From an uncultured Candidatus Izemoplasmatales bacterium (GTDB lineage: Bacteria; Bacillota_I; Bacilli_A; Izemoplasmatales; Hujiaoplasmataceae), in the NCBI GenBank assembly GCA_964557695.1, contig CAZLAQ010000009.1, forward strand, positions 58-64,057: a DNA stretch of 64,000 nucleotides, in the 5' to 3' direction. The notes under the pieces were generated by a model. That model was not told the origin of the DNA and did not search any database. It was given only the letters and a program-made list of their open reading frames with translations. This document shows, piece after piece, positions 29,326 to 39,674 of this stretch; positions within the stretch are counted from its first letter, which is position 1, and each line of letters begins with the position of its first letter. The translations under genes and the position numbers were made by a program.

Positions 29326-29547
29326 AAATAAAAAAGTCATCCTAAAAAGGACGACTTGAATCGCGGTACCACCTTTGTTCCGGCAATTGCCGGCACTTTG
29401 TTCCCTAACGCGGAAAACGTTCAAGACTCCCGAGTTTCGCCTTGACTGCTCCAAAGACCAATTCATGTCCATTTGGTCCCGGTTTACACCTGCCACCGGG
29501 TCTCTGCAAGTCAAAATGGTCATTACTATTTCTTCTTCATAGCATTT
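29326..29547 (-). promoter_or_regulatory. T-box leader (tRNA-Leu responsive), candidate specifier CUC
   Basis: Minus sense has the AGAGA box, the GGUGG..AAACC distal region, and the T-box sequence AACAAAGGTGGTACCGCGATTC. The terminator is AAGTCGTCCTTTTTAGGATGACTTTTTT. GCGAAA-CUC-GGGAG sits at the expected specifier position. Confidence 0.88.
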
Positions 29548-29553
29548 TAGACT

Positions 29554-29582
29554 ATCATATCATGATTGACTAGCTTTTGCAA
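29554..29582 (-). promoter_or_regulatory. Putative promoter of the leuS T-box leader (TTGCAA-17-TATGAT)
   Basis: Hexamers at 29582-29577 and 29559-29554 in minus sense. Confidence 0.5.
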
Positions 29583-29598
29583 GGGCATATTACAAGTC

Positions 29599-30429
29599 TT
29601 ACTCGTCCTCGTCTGTATCTGAATCCGAATCTTTTTCCTCATCAGTCACTTTATAGGATGCTTCGACGGTATCGGAAGCATTTTCTTGCAAATGTAACAT
29701 GGTTTGGTAATAGAGCTCTCGTTGTAAAAGGAATACTGATCTGTAGCCGATAAGCATCAAGATGAAAAATAGAAATTCGGGAAGATCTAATAAGTTGTAA
29801 AATGTCATCAAGAAAGCGATTGGTGTAATCGCAAAAATCACGAGTTTGTAGATTACTTTGAAGCGGATGTATTTTTTCAGCCTGAAGAAAGGAATTGTGG
29901 AAACCAGTGAAACAAAAACAAGCAGGAAGAGGTTGCCAAGAAATGTGATCAATATGCTTCCAATCAAAACAGCCGTTGAGATATTGGCAAAATATCTGTC
30001 GAAAGTCATTGTATCAGGCAAAGAAGAAAATGGCCTTAGAGTGCTGAAAAATTTTCCGGAAAGATAGAAATCCAAAGAATTACCCTGAACAACAATAGAA
30101 GCATCATCCATCAGTGTAGACACATCGGATACAACTCCGGTTTCATCCAGAAAGAACACAGAGTAGCCATATAGCTGGTATTTATCTGTGTTGATATGCG
30201 AAGCCTCATCACAAACAACACTTGCCACAGCCAAATCGCATCCAGTCGTTTCCGTAGAAATAGTTGTATTACCTTGAAAACCAAGATAAAACACCGCTCC
30301 CCCAATACTCATGAAGACAGTCAAAATCAGGAGATAAAAAAAAGCAAACCACCCTGATTTGTTACGGTATTTGATAATTGATTTTGGTTGAAACAAACTG
30401 TCTTTAACAATATTATACACATTCATCAC
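29599..30429 (-). CDS. Multi-pass membrane protein (DUF1189-like) with an acidic C-terminal tail
   Basis: The N-terminus (FQPKSIIKYRNKSGWFAFFYLLIL) and topology resemble DUF1189. The tail is DEEKDSDSDTDEDE. Confidence 0.5.
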   Translation of the reverse strand: MMNVYNIVKDSLFQPKSIIKYRNKSGWFAFFYLLILTVFMSIGGAVFYLGFQGNTTISTETTGCDLAVASVVCDEASHINTDKYQLYGYSVFFLDETGVVSDVSTLMDDASIVVQGNSLDFYLSGKFFSTLRPFSSLPDTMTFDRYFANISTAVLIGSILITFLGNLFLLVFVSLVSTIPFFRLKKYIRFKVIYKLVIFAITPIAFLMTFYNLLDLPEFLFFILMLIGYRSVFLLQRELYYQTMLHLQENASDTVEASYKVTDEEKDSDSDTDEDE

Positions 30430-30515
30430 CTAACTCATTACATTATAACATATTATCTTCAGTAGAACAAAGATAAAATGCTCGTATTCATGCTATAATT
30501 TACCTTGGTGGTAGA

Positions 30516-31451
30516 ATGGATTATCTAAACAAGGAAAGACCTTATTTGACTGTAAACGACTTCTACAAAGCAAAATTTGGAACGAAGGTCTTCAAGATTC
30601 CCTTGAACGGGAATTTCACATGTCCCAACCGGGATGGAACGCTTTCAGATGAAGGCTGCATCTATTGTTCAGAAAAAGGTTCCGGAGATTTCGCCGGAGA
30701 TGTTTTGGATTCTCTAGAAGCACAATACTTAAAAATTTCTGAAACCATGCGAAAAAAATGGCCGATTGGAAAGACAATCGTCTATTTTCAAGCCAACACA
30801 AACACATATGCACCGGTAGATAAACTCAGATCGCTTTATGAAAAAGCCTTGTCATTGGATGATAATATTGTCGGCATCAGCATTGCCACCAGGCCGGACT
30901 GCCTCCAACAAGAAATTGTCGAATATCTTGCTGATTTGAACAAGCGGACTTTTTTGACCGTTGAAATCGGTCTGCAGACAATCCATCAAGAAACCGCAAA
31001 GATCATTAACCGTCAGCATGATCTGGAGTCTTTTGTCGACGCTGTAACAAGGCTCCGGAAACACAACATCCATGTTGTCTGTCACATTATCAACGGATTA
31101 CCAAAAGAAACCAAAGCAATGATGCTTCAAACAGTCAAATTTCTGAATAAACTCGATATCCAGGGCCTGAAAATCCATATGCTCTACATTATGAAAAACA
31201 CGGCTCTCGAGCACTATTATGAGAATAATCCATTTCCAATTCTTTCTCGGGATGAATATGTCAAAATCGTCGCATCCCAAATTGAACTGCTGCGACCTGA
31301 TATCGTCTTATATCGTCTTACAGGCGACAGTCCCAAAGAAGAACTGGTCGAACCGAAATGGTCACTAAAAAAATTTGTCGTCACGAACGAGATCGATAAA
31401 CTGCTTAGAAACAACAAGAGTTATCAAGGAATCAAATATCATAAAGAATGA
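30516..31451 (+). CDS. TIGR01212-family radical SAM protein
   Basis: Motif FTCPNRDGTLSDEGCIYCS. 311 aa. Confidence 0.85.
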   Translation: MDYLNKERPYLTVNDFYKAKFGTKVFKIPLNGNFTCPNRDGTLSDEGCIYCSEKGSGDFAGDVLDSLEAQYLKISETMRKKWPIGKTIVYFQANTNTYAPVDKLRSLYEKALSLDDNIVGISIATRPDCLQQEIVEYLADLNKRTFLTVEIGLQTIHQETAKIINRQHDLESFVDAVTRLRKHNIHVVCHIINGLPKETKAMMLQTVKFLNKLDIQGLKIHMLYIMKNTALEHYYENNPFPILSRDEYVKIVASQIELLRPDIVLYRLTGDSPKEELVEPKWSLKKFVVTNEIDKLLRNNKSYQGIKYHKE

Positions 31452-31626
31452 CTCTTCCAAAATTTAACACAATTTTTTTCGCTATTTCAAACGCTGGTGT
31501 TTAATCAGCGTTTACCTAGAAGCGATTGACAATCAAAAGAAATTGATGGAATATTATGTGGAAAATTCAATTATTCAACCTAAAACATGCAGATTTTTCC
31601 AGAATCATCATGTTTCAACAAACAGC

Positions 31627-31654
31627 CAAATGAAAAGAGTTCTCGCGAACTCTA
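31627..31654. terminator. Hairpin terminator after the LemA-like gene; also usable on the plus strand
   Basis: AGAGTTC-tcgc-GAACTCT stem. Followed by UUUCAUUU in minus sense and AUUUUUA in plus sense. Confidence 0.55.
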
Positions 31655-31657
31655 TTT

Positions 31658-32137
31658 TTATTGTTGGTGTAGGAATAAATCCCATTTATTCATTTTGAGG
31701 ATCTTGGCATAGATATTGAAAGGAAACATCAGAATTTTATGATTAAATACGATCGCCTTACTGTCGCGGGTTCTTCTTTGCTCCTGAAGATTCTCGAATG
31801 TCTCGACAAGATAGTTATTGGTCTCGTCAACTTTGTCTAATTCTTCGTACATCTCGTCAATAAGCATCAATAGTTGTTTTTTCTCATCGTGGGAAAGATC
31901 TTTAATGACTTCGTTCTGATAGTCTTTTAATTTCCCGCGCCCATTTCCATTGACTTTAGATAGAAGATTGATCATTTTTCTAAGTTCGATATCGAATTTA
32001 GATTGGTATTTGTATACATCTTTGTAACTCGCCTTGAGAGATCTGACGATAAGAACGCTTGTGACGACAATTACGCCGACAAAGATAAGAACTCCGCCAA
32101 TGACTTCCAAAATCTGTCCTAAGACTGATAATATCAT
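31658..32137 (-). CDS. LemA-like membrane-anchored protein
   Basis: N-terminal TM helix. The C-terminus [27 protein letters not shown] resembles the LemA R..YN..v..yN....FP motif. ATGA overlap with the metK stop. Confidence 0.45.
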   Translation of the reverse strand: MILSVLGQILEVIGGVLIFVGVIVVTSVLIVRSLKASYKDVYKYQSKFDIELRKMINLLSKVNGNGRGKLKDYQNEVIKDLSHDEKKQLLMLIDEMYEELDKVDETNNYLVETFENLQEQRRTRDSKAIVFNHKILMFPFNIYAKILKMNKWDLFLHQQ

Positions 32138-33303
32138 GATTTGCTACCTGCTTCCAAGTATTTTTTTAGAATTGGAACCAAATCCAGTTTTTCCCATGGA
32201 AGGTCCAAATCATTTCGACCGAAATGACCGTATGCAGCTGTTTGTTTATAAATCGGTCGCTTCAATTTAAAATAATCAATTATTGCCTTGGGCCGAAAAT
32301 CAAAATGTTTTTCGATAATTTCCACAAGCTTATTATCTGATAATATACCTGTTCCAAAGGAATTGACACCGATACTGGTTGGTTTTGCCAAACCAATCGC
32401 ATATGATACCTGGATTTCCAATTCTGTGGCTAAGCCTGCTGCAACTATATTTTTAGCGACGTACCGGCATGCATATGCTGCACTTCTGTCGACTTTTGAA
32501 GGATCTTTTCCAGAAAATGCACCACCACCGTGATGTACTGCACCACCATATGTGTCCACAATGATTTTCCTCCCGGTAAGTCCGGAATCTCCGGATGGTC
32601 CGCCAATGACGAATCTTCCGGTCGGATTGACATAGATTATAGTCTCTTCATCCAAATACTTTGGAGGAATGACTTCTTTAATTACATGTTTGATCAAGTC
32701 TTTGCGAATAGTCTCTTGAAGAGATTCCGGAGAATGTTGTGTAGAAATGAGGATCTTGTCAAAGCGCTTAAGGCTTCCATCTTCATTGAATTCTCCTGTT
32801 ACCTGAGTCTTGCCATCGGGGCGAAGATAAGGCAACACACCGCTTTTTCTGACTTGTGCCAAACGAAGCGCCAGTTTACTGGCATACACATGGGTGATCG
32901 GCATATATTCTGGAGTACCAGAAATCGCATATCCAAACATCATGCCCTGGTCGCCCGCGCCTTGTTCATGGTGCAAATCCTCGTTGACACCAATAGCAAT
33001 GTCCTGAGATTGATTATTTATCGATACCAAAACAGCTAAGTTCTCGGCATCGAAGCCATATTTCCCGCGGTCGTAGCCAATTGATGCGACTGTGTCGCGG
33101 ACAATCTTTTGAATATCGACATATGTAGCAGTTGTAATTTCGCCGGCAACAAGTACAAGTCCAGTTGTAACGAGTGTTTCCACTGCGACTCTTGCATCGG
33201 GATCATCGGTCAAAATAGCGTCCAGAATGGAATCGCTGATTTGATCGCATATTTTGTCCGGGTGACCTTCGGTCACAGATTCGGAAGTAAAAAATCGATA
33301 CAT
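32134..33303 (-). CDS. metK: S-adenosylmethionine synthase
   Basis: Motifs [12 protein letters not shown] and [16 protein letters not shown]. 389 aa. Confidence 0.96.
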   Translation of the reverse strand: MYRFFTSESVTEGHPDKICDQISDSILDAILTDDPDARVAVETLVTTGLVLVAGEITTATYVDIQKIVRDTVASIGYDRGKYGFDAENLAVLVSINNQSQDIAIGVNEDLHHEQGAGDQGMMFGYAISGTPEYMPITHVYASKLALRLAQVRKSGVLPYLRPDGKTQVTGEFNEDGSLKRFDKILISTQHSPESLQETIRKDLIKHVIKEVIPPKYLDEETIIYVNPTGRFVIGGPSGDSGLTGRKIIVDTYGGAVHHGGGAFSGKDPSKVDRSAAYACRYVAKNIVAAGLATELEIQVSYAIGLAKPTSIGVNSFGTGILSDNKLVEIIEKHFDFRPKAIIDYFKLKRPIYKQTAAYGHFGRNDLDLPWEKLDLVPILKKYLEAGSKS

Positions 33304-33314
33304 TTGTCTGTCTC

Positions 33315-34919
33315 CTATTCTGGGCTCAACTTGTAGTAAATCGATTCGAAATCTTCGCTGTATTTGACGAATCGGTCAACTATCTGTGGATCGAAATAAG
33401 GAAAAAACTCCAATTGTAACAAATCCATGGAACGTGAATGTTTGAGTTCTCGCTTATAGTTCCTGGGCTGCCTCAAGATGTCATAAATCTGACAAAGTAA
33501 TATGACTTGTGATTCGCGGTTATTCTGGATGATGTTCATTTCCTTGATAAAGTCTTTGTCAGCTGTTTTCTCGAAATGGGCACGAACAATGTCTTCTCCC
33601 TTTTTTTCGAGTTGCAACCGCTTGATGATTACTGAACCAACAATCGTCTTTTCCCTGATTTTACGAAAATCGGATTCTTCCAAAACATCCTTAGAATCAT
33701 AATCTGCAAGTGATAAATAATCTTTCTTGTCAATATGGATCGTGGAAAAGTCAAAGATTTCCTTGCAAAGCTTAGGTGAATAACCAAGGTAATTTCCAAG
33801 TTTTCCGGACATTTCAGCTACTCTTTTGGAGGCCATGATCACCATTTTTTCTTGATTTTCATCTACTCGCTGCCTATAGACACTGATAACGTCGAAAACA
33901 TCGGATACGACAGCCTTGAAATCTTTTTCCATGGCTCTGCGTTTGATGAGTTCTTCTTTTCTTTTGTTATTCATGTCTTCAGATATTTTCGCGGTCGAGT
34001 AAAGCGCAATCATGAATACGGCTAGCACCAATGTCCTGAGGATGATGTCTGTCAGAATCGGACCTTTGAGATAATTCCATAACGTTACAATATCTGTTGC
34101 ATGGTCAATAACAGGATAAAGAACTGTCACATGGATAATGGTCATGACAATGATAGAAATCTTAAATATCAGGCTAAGTAATTTCGAATCTTGATATAGT
34201 GCCAAAACGACCAAAGCGAAATAAATGAGAGAATATCCGGCTTGGGTGATGCTGAAGAAGCCTTCGGCAGCATTTGAACCAAGTGTGATTCTAAGTTTCA
34301 CGTATACAGCTATCGCCATCAACAGGATATAGACACCTGAAACATATTCTCCAAGTTGTTGCTTGTGCAGTGTTTTTGGCTCCTGTAAAATTATTTTGCG
34401 AATCGTGCGGCTGGTAAACACCATAATCAAAGATATCGCAAAGGTGACAATCAAATTAATTTTAAGATTTACGCCTTCAGATCCAATCAAAGTGAAAAGC
34501 AAAAACACAATATTGGTGATCCAGAGAATGTTTCTGATGACCATGTTTTTGCGATATAATACCGATGTTTCATCCAAAATATCAATCCCGGCTTCAAAAC
34601 TAAAGCGATTGATAAAAAATAGACGCATTTTATTGAGGAAAATCGAAAGTTTGCTTTTTCCTTCGACTTCGAATTGCTTGATATTCGCGCTGACTTTTTT
34701 CTCATCAAACCTGTTCTTGAATGACGTGATGCGGAAGAAATCGACGAATTTGTCCAAAAGCGTTCTTTTCTTTTGCGGTTTCTCCGGCACAACCGATGCC
34801 AAATACTCATCAATCTTGACTTGGCTTTCAGGTTTATCAGATTTTACTGAACGTTTTTTCTTGGCTGAATCATTCTTGCGGAAAAATTCATCCAAGGCTT
34901 TTTCTCGATTGTCCATCAC
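33315..34919 (-). CDS. Multi-pass membrane protein with a C-terminal degenerate HD-GYP-type (HD superfamily) domain
   Basis: Basic N-terminal region, about 6-7 TM helices, then a domain collinear with HD-GYP. The metal-ligand positions are replaced (SKRV for H..R, IHID for HD, REKT for H, AHFE for HHE, ADKDF for DGSGYP). The tail [15 protein letters not shown]...[10 protein letters not shown] is well conserved. Confidence 0.55.
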   Translation of the reverse strand: MMDNREKALDEFFRKNDSAKKKRSVKSDKPESQVKIDEYLASVVPEKPQKKRTLLDKFVDFFRITSFKNRFDEKKVSANIKQFEVEGKSKLSIFLNKMRLFFINRFSFEAGIDILDETSVLYRKNMVIRNILWITNIVFLLFTLIGSEGVNLKINLIVTFAISLIMVFTSRTIRKIILQEPKTLHKQQLGEYVSGVYILLMAIAVYVKLRITLGSNAAEGFFSITQAGYSLIYFALVVLALYQDSKLLSLIFKISIIVMTIIHVTVLYPVIDHATDIVTLWNYLKGPILTDIILRTLVLAVFMIALYSTAKISEDMNNKRKEELIKRRAMEKDFKAVVSDVFDVISVYRQRVDENQEKMVIMASKRVAEMSGKLGNYLGYSPKLCKEIFDFSTIHIDKKDYLSLADYDSKDVLEESDFRKIREKTIVGSVIIKRLQLEKKGEDIVRAHFEKTADKDFIKEMNIIQNNRESQVILLCQIYDILRQPRNYKRELKHSRSMDLLQLEFFPYFDPQIVDRFVKYSEDFESIYYKLSPE

Positions 34920-34947
34920 ATCACCCCCTTTGCCTCAAGTGTATAGA

Positions 34948-35508
34948 CTAGAACAATTTAGGTTGTTCGATGATCGAAGGATCTTTTCTTGCTTCGATTT
35001 CATTTTCGATTTGTGCGACTCTTGTCGATGCTGCAGCCGCTATGGCGCCGACGATATCGTCAAGGAAAGTGTGGCATGCGTTCTTTCCTTTTTTTCCCGC
35101 TTCGTTTAGTTTGTTGACAATTCCGGGTTTATTGACATCAATATCACCAAAATTAGTCTTTCCAATCGTACCATAAAGACCAGCAAGTTCCAAACCAAAC
35201 AGTTCATCAATTCCGAACATTCCTAAATCCGTTTCCAAAATTGATTGAATCGGTCCATGGAAAGCATTTTCTTCGGTAAGACGGTCGATTTCCGCACCAA
35301 GTTGCAACAAATGGAACACGTCACGCAAAGAAAGAATCTTTTCTACGGACTCTAGACATTCATTATAGGAAATATCGGGTTTCCATTTGGATTGCTGTTT
35401 GAAGGCTATTTCAGCGATTTGTTCAATTGAAACTCCACGTTCATGCAGTTTGTCAAGATTCATCAAATACATTTCTTCGCGAGAAAACAAGTTCTTTTGA
35501 CGGTTCAT
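34948..35508 (-). CDS. Phosphatidylglycerophosphatase A family protein (YutG-like)
   Basis: Motif HTFLDDIVGAIAAAASTR and overall similarity to Bacillus YutG-type proteins. Confidence 0.7.
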   Translation of the reverse strand: MNRQKNLFSREEMYLMNLDKLHERGVSIEQIAEIAFKQQSKWKPDISYNECLESVEKILSLRDVFHLLQLGAEIDRLTEENAFHGPIQSILETDLGMFGIDELFGLELAGLYGTIGKTNFGDIDVNKPGIVNKLNEAGKKGKNACHTFLDDIVGAIAAAASTRVAQIENEIEARKDPSIIEQPKLF

Positions 35509-35575
35509 ATAATCACCCCTAAATGAGTATATACTAACTAAATATTATAACATATTTAAATTGGATACTGAAAGT

Positions 35576-36511
35576 CTATTTGAAAATCTTGCCAGTCAAA
35601 AGCAGATTTTTGCCTGTTCCATTCATGAAGTCGGCAATGTCCATGACATTTTTACCTTGCAACTGGACTTTTTTCAAGGAAACAATCCCTTTTGAGGCTT
35701 TGACATACACTTTCTCGCGGTTGGAAAACACAATTTCTCCGTTTTCTTTATTATTGTAAAGATCCGAATCAAGGGCCTCAATAATGTACAGTTTTAATTT
35801 CAATCCATCAATTACTGCATGACACAATGGCTTGGGATGGAATGCTCTCACATGATTGAAAATACTTCTTGCGCTTTGACTGAAGTCTATTTTTTCTTCT
35901 TCTGGCTTGATGTTGTAGGCAAATGTCACCTTACTTGGATCTTGGTCTTGAGGCTTGATCTTGTTTTCAAACACAAGTGGAAGTGTTTCAAGCAAGAGAT
36001 CTCGTCCTGCAATTGCCAATCTTTTTTCCAAAGTTTCGACATCGTCAGCATCCTTTATTGTAACTTTTTTTTGAGCAAGAATAGGACCAGAATCCATTTT
36101 TTTCTCCATATACATGACAGAGACTCCGGTCGTCACATCTCCATTCATGATTGCTCGTTGCATAGGAGATCCGCCTCGGTATTTCGGTAGCAGGGAAGCA
36201 TGAACATTAATACATCTCTTTTGAGGATAATCCAAAATTAGATTCGGGATCATCTGTCCATATGCAGCGACTACAATCATATCTGGTTTGCAATCCAAAA
36301 TATCCTGATAATCTGTCTTGATTTTTTCTGGTTGGAAAACGGGTATTCCAAGTTTAATCGCTTCAAGTTTGACAGCTGAAGGTTTTGGCTCTTGCTTTCT
36401 TCCAAAAGGGCGGTCTGGCTGAGTAACCACCAAGCAGACATCATAATTTTCCGTCAATCCCTTAAGAATTGGCACGGCAAAATCCATGGTACCTATAAAT
36501 ACTATTTTCAT
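35576..36511 (-). CDS. fmt: Methionyl-tRNA formyltransferase
   Basis: MKIVFIGTMDFAVPIL, HASLLPKYRGGSPMQ. ATG at 36511 after GGGGTGAT. Confidence 0.93.
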   Translation of the reverse strand: MKIVFIGTMDFAVPILKGLTENYDVCLVVTQPDRPFGRKQEPKPSAVKLEAIKLGIPVFQPEKIKTDYQDILDCKPDMIVVAAYGQMIPNLILDYPQKRCINVHASLLPKYRGGSPMQRAIMNGDVTTGVSVMYMEKKMDSGPILAQKKVTIKDADDVETLEKRLAIAGRDLLLETLPLVFENKIKPQDQDPSKVTFAYNIKPEEEKIDFSQSARSIFNHVRAFHPKPLCHAVIDGLKLKLYIIEALDSDLYNNKENGEIVFSNREKVYVKASKGIVSLKKVQLQGKNVMDIADFMNGTGKNLLLTGKIFK

Positions 36512-36522
36512 CTTTATCACCC

Positions 36523-38874
36523 CTAACTCAAGGTCGGACTTTTGTCGATTGTAATCCGGACCAGTTCATTTTCATATTTTTCTTTGATTTCAGAAAGCAA
36601 ATGATTTAATTTTGGTTCATTCCTATATTTGATGATAACTTGGCAACTGTATAGATTCTTTATCTTGGGCATTATTGGAAGTGAAGGGCCCAAGATGATC
36701 GACTCGGCTGTAAGGACTTGCCTAATCGAACCCACAGCTGCTTTTGCGGCTATAAACAAATCACGCATCTTTTCACCCACGAAGAGGAGTTGTACCAGAA
36801 AGTAAAATGGCACATATTTTGCGAGTTTTCTGAGTCCCATCTCATGTTCATAGAACCCGAGATAATCATGGTTATATGCATATTGGATCGCATAATGATC
36901 CGGATTGAAGGCTTGAATGATAACTTTTCCGGAAACATCTCTCCTACCTGCTCTTCCAGAGACTTGTGTGATCAACTGGAAGGTTTTTTCCGGGGCTCGG
37001 AAGTCCGGGGAATAGAGATTGCCATCAGCCTGGATGATGCCAACTAACGTAACATTAGGAAAGTCTAAGCCTTTGGCAATCATTTGGGTCCCCAAAAGAA
37101 TATCTCCTTCATGTTCAAACTGAAACAGCAACTTTTCATGCGCATTTTTTGTTCTTGTAGTGTCATTGTCCATGCGGACAACTTTTGCCAGAGGAAATCG
37201 CACTGATAATTCTGCTTCGATTTTTTGCGTTCCGGAGCCATAGTATCGCAAATCTTCAGAATTGCATTTTGCGCAGGTTTTTGGAACGGTTTGCTTGTGG
37301 TTGCAATAATGACATTTCAATGTATGGTCTGCTTCATGATAAGTAAGTGAAATATCGCATTGAGGACAAGTAAACACAAAGCCACAGTTTCTGCAAATCA
37401 CAAATGTCGAGTAACCTCTTCTATTCAAAAGCAGAATTGTCTGTTCTTTCTTTTCAAGTCTGGTTTTGATTTCCTCATATAGTAAATCTGATAGCAGATT
37501 GTAGTTTCCGTTTTTGAATTCTTGTTTCATATCAACGATTTGCAGTTCAGGCAAGCTTGAGTTCTGAGCTCTTTTTTTCAATTCCAAAAGTTCATAGTAT
37601 CCGCGTTTATATCTGGCATATGATTCAATATTTGGAGTTGCCGAGCCCATAAGCATCGGAATATTGTAATATTTAGCACGATGATCCAGCACATCTAACG
37701 CATAATATTTGGGCATCTCGTCCTGTTTGTATGTGGACTCATGACATTCATCGACCACGATTAAGCCAAGATTGGTAAATGGCGCAAAACAGGCACTTCT
37801 CGCACCAATCACGATTTTAACTTCATGCCGTATTATCTTTCTCCATTCATCGAATTTTTCACCGGCGGACAGTCCGGAATGCAAGATAGCAACTTGATCA
37901 TGAAATCTGCTTTTAAATCTAGAAACCATCATCGGTGTCAGCGAGATCTCCGGGACAAGGAAGATGACTTCCAGGTTTTTTTTCAGAACAGTTTCTATGA
38001 CTTTTAAATATATCTCGGTTTTGCCTGATGAGGTCACACCATGAAGAAGAAACAATTGATTTTGATCTAGCTTGGCTATGATTTTATCATATGCAATTTC
38101 CTGTTCGATATTTAAGTTCACTTGTTTGTCATTCTCCGGTTGAAGGGAAAAAAGCTCTCTGTATTCTTCTTGAAGAATGATTTCGATAAAACCTTGTCTG
38201 GACAAAGTATCTATTACCGATGAAGTGATTGATAAATTTTTCAGCAGGGTCTGATAATTTTCACTATTTGTTTCTGTCTCTGTCAAATATGCGATGACGC
38301 TTTTTTGTTTATCAGTTTTTGGTAGCGTTGCATTCTTCAACAATCTTATGATTCTCACCGAGCGTGGATTGGCTTTTGACTTCACTTCTATGGTTTGTCT
38401 GAGAGTTCCGGCTTTCACCGCTTCCTTGACTGGTTTTAAGACCGTAGCCAATTCTTGATCGAGATATCTTTCATCTGTGTTTTCAAAATACGATTTCAAA
38501 ACTTCTGGCAACCCCGGACGATCCAATACACAGAGCAAGGTTTTATAAGTGGTCCGCAAGGCCGAAGGCAACATCGTTTCAATTACTCTAATCAATACAC
38601 TTGATGTGTCTTCCTGAATTTTTTTGGCAAGAACGATCAGTTCTTCGGTAAGATATGATTCCAAGTCCAACAGTGATTTTATCGGTTTGAGGTGGTCTTC
38701 ATACTCACTTTTTTCTACAATTTCCAAACAATAACCCATCAATTCCCGGTTTCCGAAAGGAACGATGACGCGCATTCCAATTTCTAAAACATCTTGAAAT
38801 TCAGCGGGTATCTCGTAATCGAACAACCGGTCAACTGCTTTTACCGGAACATCAACCAATACTCTACAAATCAT
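36523..38874 (-). CDS. priA: Primosomal protein N' (replication restart helicase PriA)
   Basis: Walker A GVTSSGKTE, DECH box, Cys-rich zinc-binding insert (CRNCG..CPQCD..CHYC..CAKC). Confidence 0.93.
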   Translation of the reverse strand: MICRVLVDVPVKAVDRLFDYEIPAEFQDVLEIGMRVIVPFGNRELMGYCLEIVEKSEYEDHLKPIKSLLDLESYLTEELIVLAKKIQEDTSSVLIRVIETMLPSALRTTYKTLLCVLDRPGLPEVLKSYFENTDERYLDQELATVLKPVKEAVKAGTLRQTIEVKSKANPRSVRIIRLLKNATLPKTDKQKSVIAYLTETETNSENYQTLLKNLSITSSVIDTLSRQGFIEIILQEEYRELFSLQPENDKQVNLNIEQEIAYDKIIAKLDQNQLFLLHGVTSSGKTEIYLKVIETVLKKNLEVIFLVPEISLTPMMVSRFKSRFHDQVAILHSGLSAGEKFDEWRKIIRHEVKIVIGARSACFAPFTNLGLIVVDECHESTYKQDEMPKYYALDVLDHRAKYYNIPMLMGSATPNIESYARYKRGYYELLELKKRAQNSSLPELQIVDMKQEFKNGNYNLLSDLLYEEIKTRLEKKEQTILLLNRRGYSTFVICRNCGFVFTCPQCDISLTYHEADHTLKCHYCNHKQTVPKTCAKCNSEDLRYYGSGTQKIEAELSVRFPLAKVVRMDNDTTRTKNAHEKLLFQFEHEGDILLGTQMIAKGLDFPNVTLVGIIQADGNLYSPDFRAPEKTFQLITQVSGRAGRRDVSGKVIIQAFNPDHYAIQYAYNHDYLGFYEHEMGLRKLAKYVPFYFLVQLLFVGEKMRDLFIAAKAAVGSIRQVLTAESIILGPSLPIMPKIKNLYSCQVIIKYRNEPKLNHLLSEIKEKYENELVRITIDKSPTLS

Positions 38875-38929
38875 GACGTCACCCCCTTCGATATAATTAT
38901 ACCATAGATACGACCACTAAAAAATAAGC

Positions 38930-39622
38930 TTATTTTTCTGGCTGAAAATGATTTGATTCAACCAAATTAATTTTATCAAAGAATTTCTTGACGACTGCCT
39001 TGACTTCCTCGATCTTGACTCTGTTTAAATGATAAGAGTTCTCTGCCTGAAGATATCGTAGATCGATTAAGTCTTGATCGCTGCTAGAGATTTCCAGAGA
39101 ATTGCCTGCTTCATCCTCCAAAGTAAGAAAATTGTCTTTTTTATTTTCCAACATTCTGTCCAGATATTTCATTATTTCATCAATAGTGGCATATATCTCA
39201 TCTTTCATTTGAATTTCAAGATTAAATCTTGGTGAGGACAAAGTCACACGCATTGTCTTTGACATCGATTTAGTCGCTTTGAAAAAATTAGGCTTTACCG
39301 TCTTCTTTTTTTCAAAAAACAGGATTCTATTCCGATGATGAGCCAAGGTGCCGATGTCGTTTACATATAATTCGTCATATAGGCTCTGTTTGACCCTCAG
39401 TTGAAAAGCGACACCGTTTCTTGCGACAAACTCCACGAAATAATGAGCCATTCCTTTGGACTTGGAGAATGTCTTGTGTGTGCTTTTTACATAAACTTGT
39501 TCAAGATTTTCGGCAATAAATTTTTTCTTCCTGTTTTGGGCAATCACTAGAATCACTGCCGCGACGATCCCTCCCAAAGACACTAAAAAGCAAGCCATGA
39601 ACCAATAGAAGATAGGTGGCAT
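38930..39622 (-). CDS. Membrane-anchored hypothetical protein (DUF2500-like N-domain plus an extra C-terminal domain)
   Basis: TM helix, then YFVEFVARNGVAFQLRVKQSLYDELYVNDIGTLAHHRNRILFF, which resembles DUF2500. SD AAAGGAGGA. Confidence 0.5.
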   Translation of the reverse strand: MPPIFYWFMACFLVSLGGIVAAVILVIAQNRKKKFIAENLEQVYVKSTHKTFSKSKGMAHYFVEFVARNGVAFQLRVKQSLYDELYVNDIGTLAHHRNRILFFEKKKTVKPNFFKATKSMSKTMRVTLSSPRFNLEIQMKDEIYATIDEIMKYLDRMLENKKDNFLTLEDEAGNSLEISSSDQDLIDLRYLQAENSYHLNRVKIEEVKAVVKKFFDKINLVESNHFQPEK

Positions 39623-39641
39623 TTATATTTCCTCCTTTTGC

Positions 39642-39674
39642 TAAAAAAAACACTAAAAATATCTCTTTTAGTGT
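39642..39674 (-). promoter_or_regulatory. Terminator-like hairpin plus U-tract inside the 5' leader of the 38930-39622 gene (possible attenuator)
   Basis: ACACTAAAA-gagatat-TTTTAGTGT followed by U7, ending about 20 nt before the start codon. No upstream same-strand gene exists for it to terminate. Confidence 0.4.

Noticed and set aside
31556-31633. 25-aa ORF (MWKIQLFNLKHADFSRIIMFQQTAK) in the convergent intergenic gap
   Set aside because: It has no SD and would begin upstream of the only plausible TSS. The locus is treated instead as a candidate non-coding transcript.
33304-33314. Searched for an S-box/SAM riboswitch upstream of metK
   Set aside because: Only 11 nt separate metK from the upstream gene, so no riboswitch can fit. 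Nothing S-box-like was seen in the 28-nt gap upstream of the preceding gene either.
34363-35109. 248-aa plus-strand ORF antisense to the HD-GYP-like membrane protein and yutG-like genes
   Set aside because: It has no SD and spans two well-supported minus-strand genes plus their intergenic gap. Its translation is Ser/Leu/Phe-rich and low in complexity, typical of a shadow ORF in AT-rich DNA.
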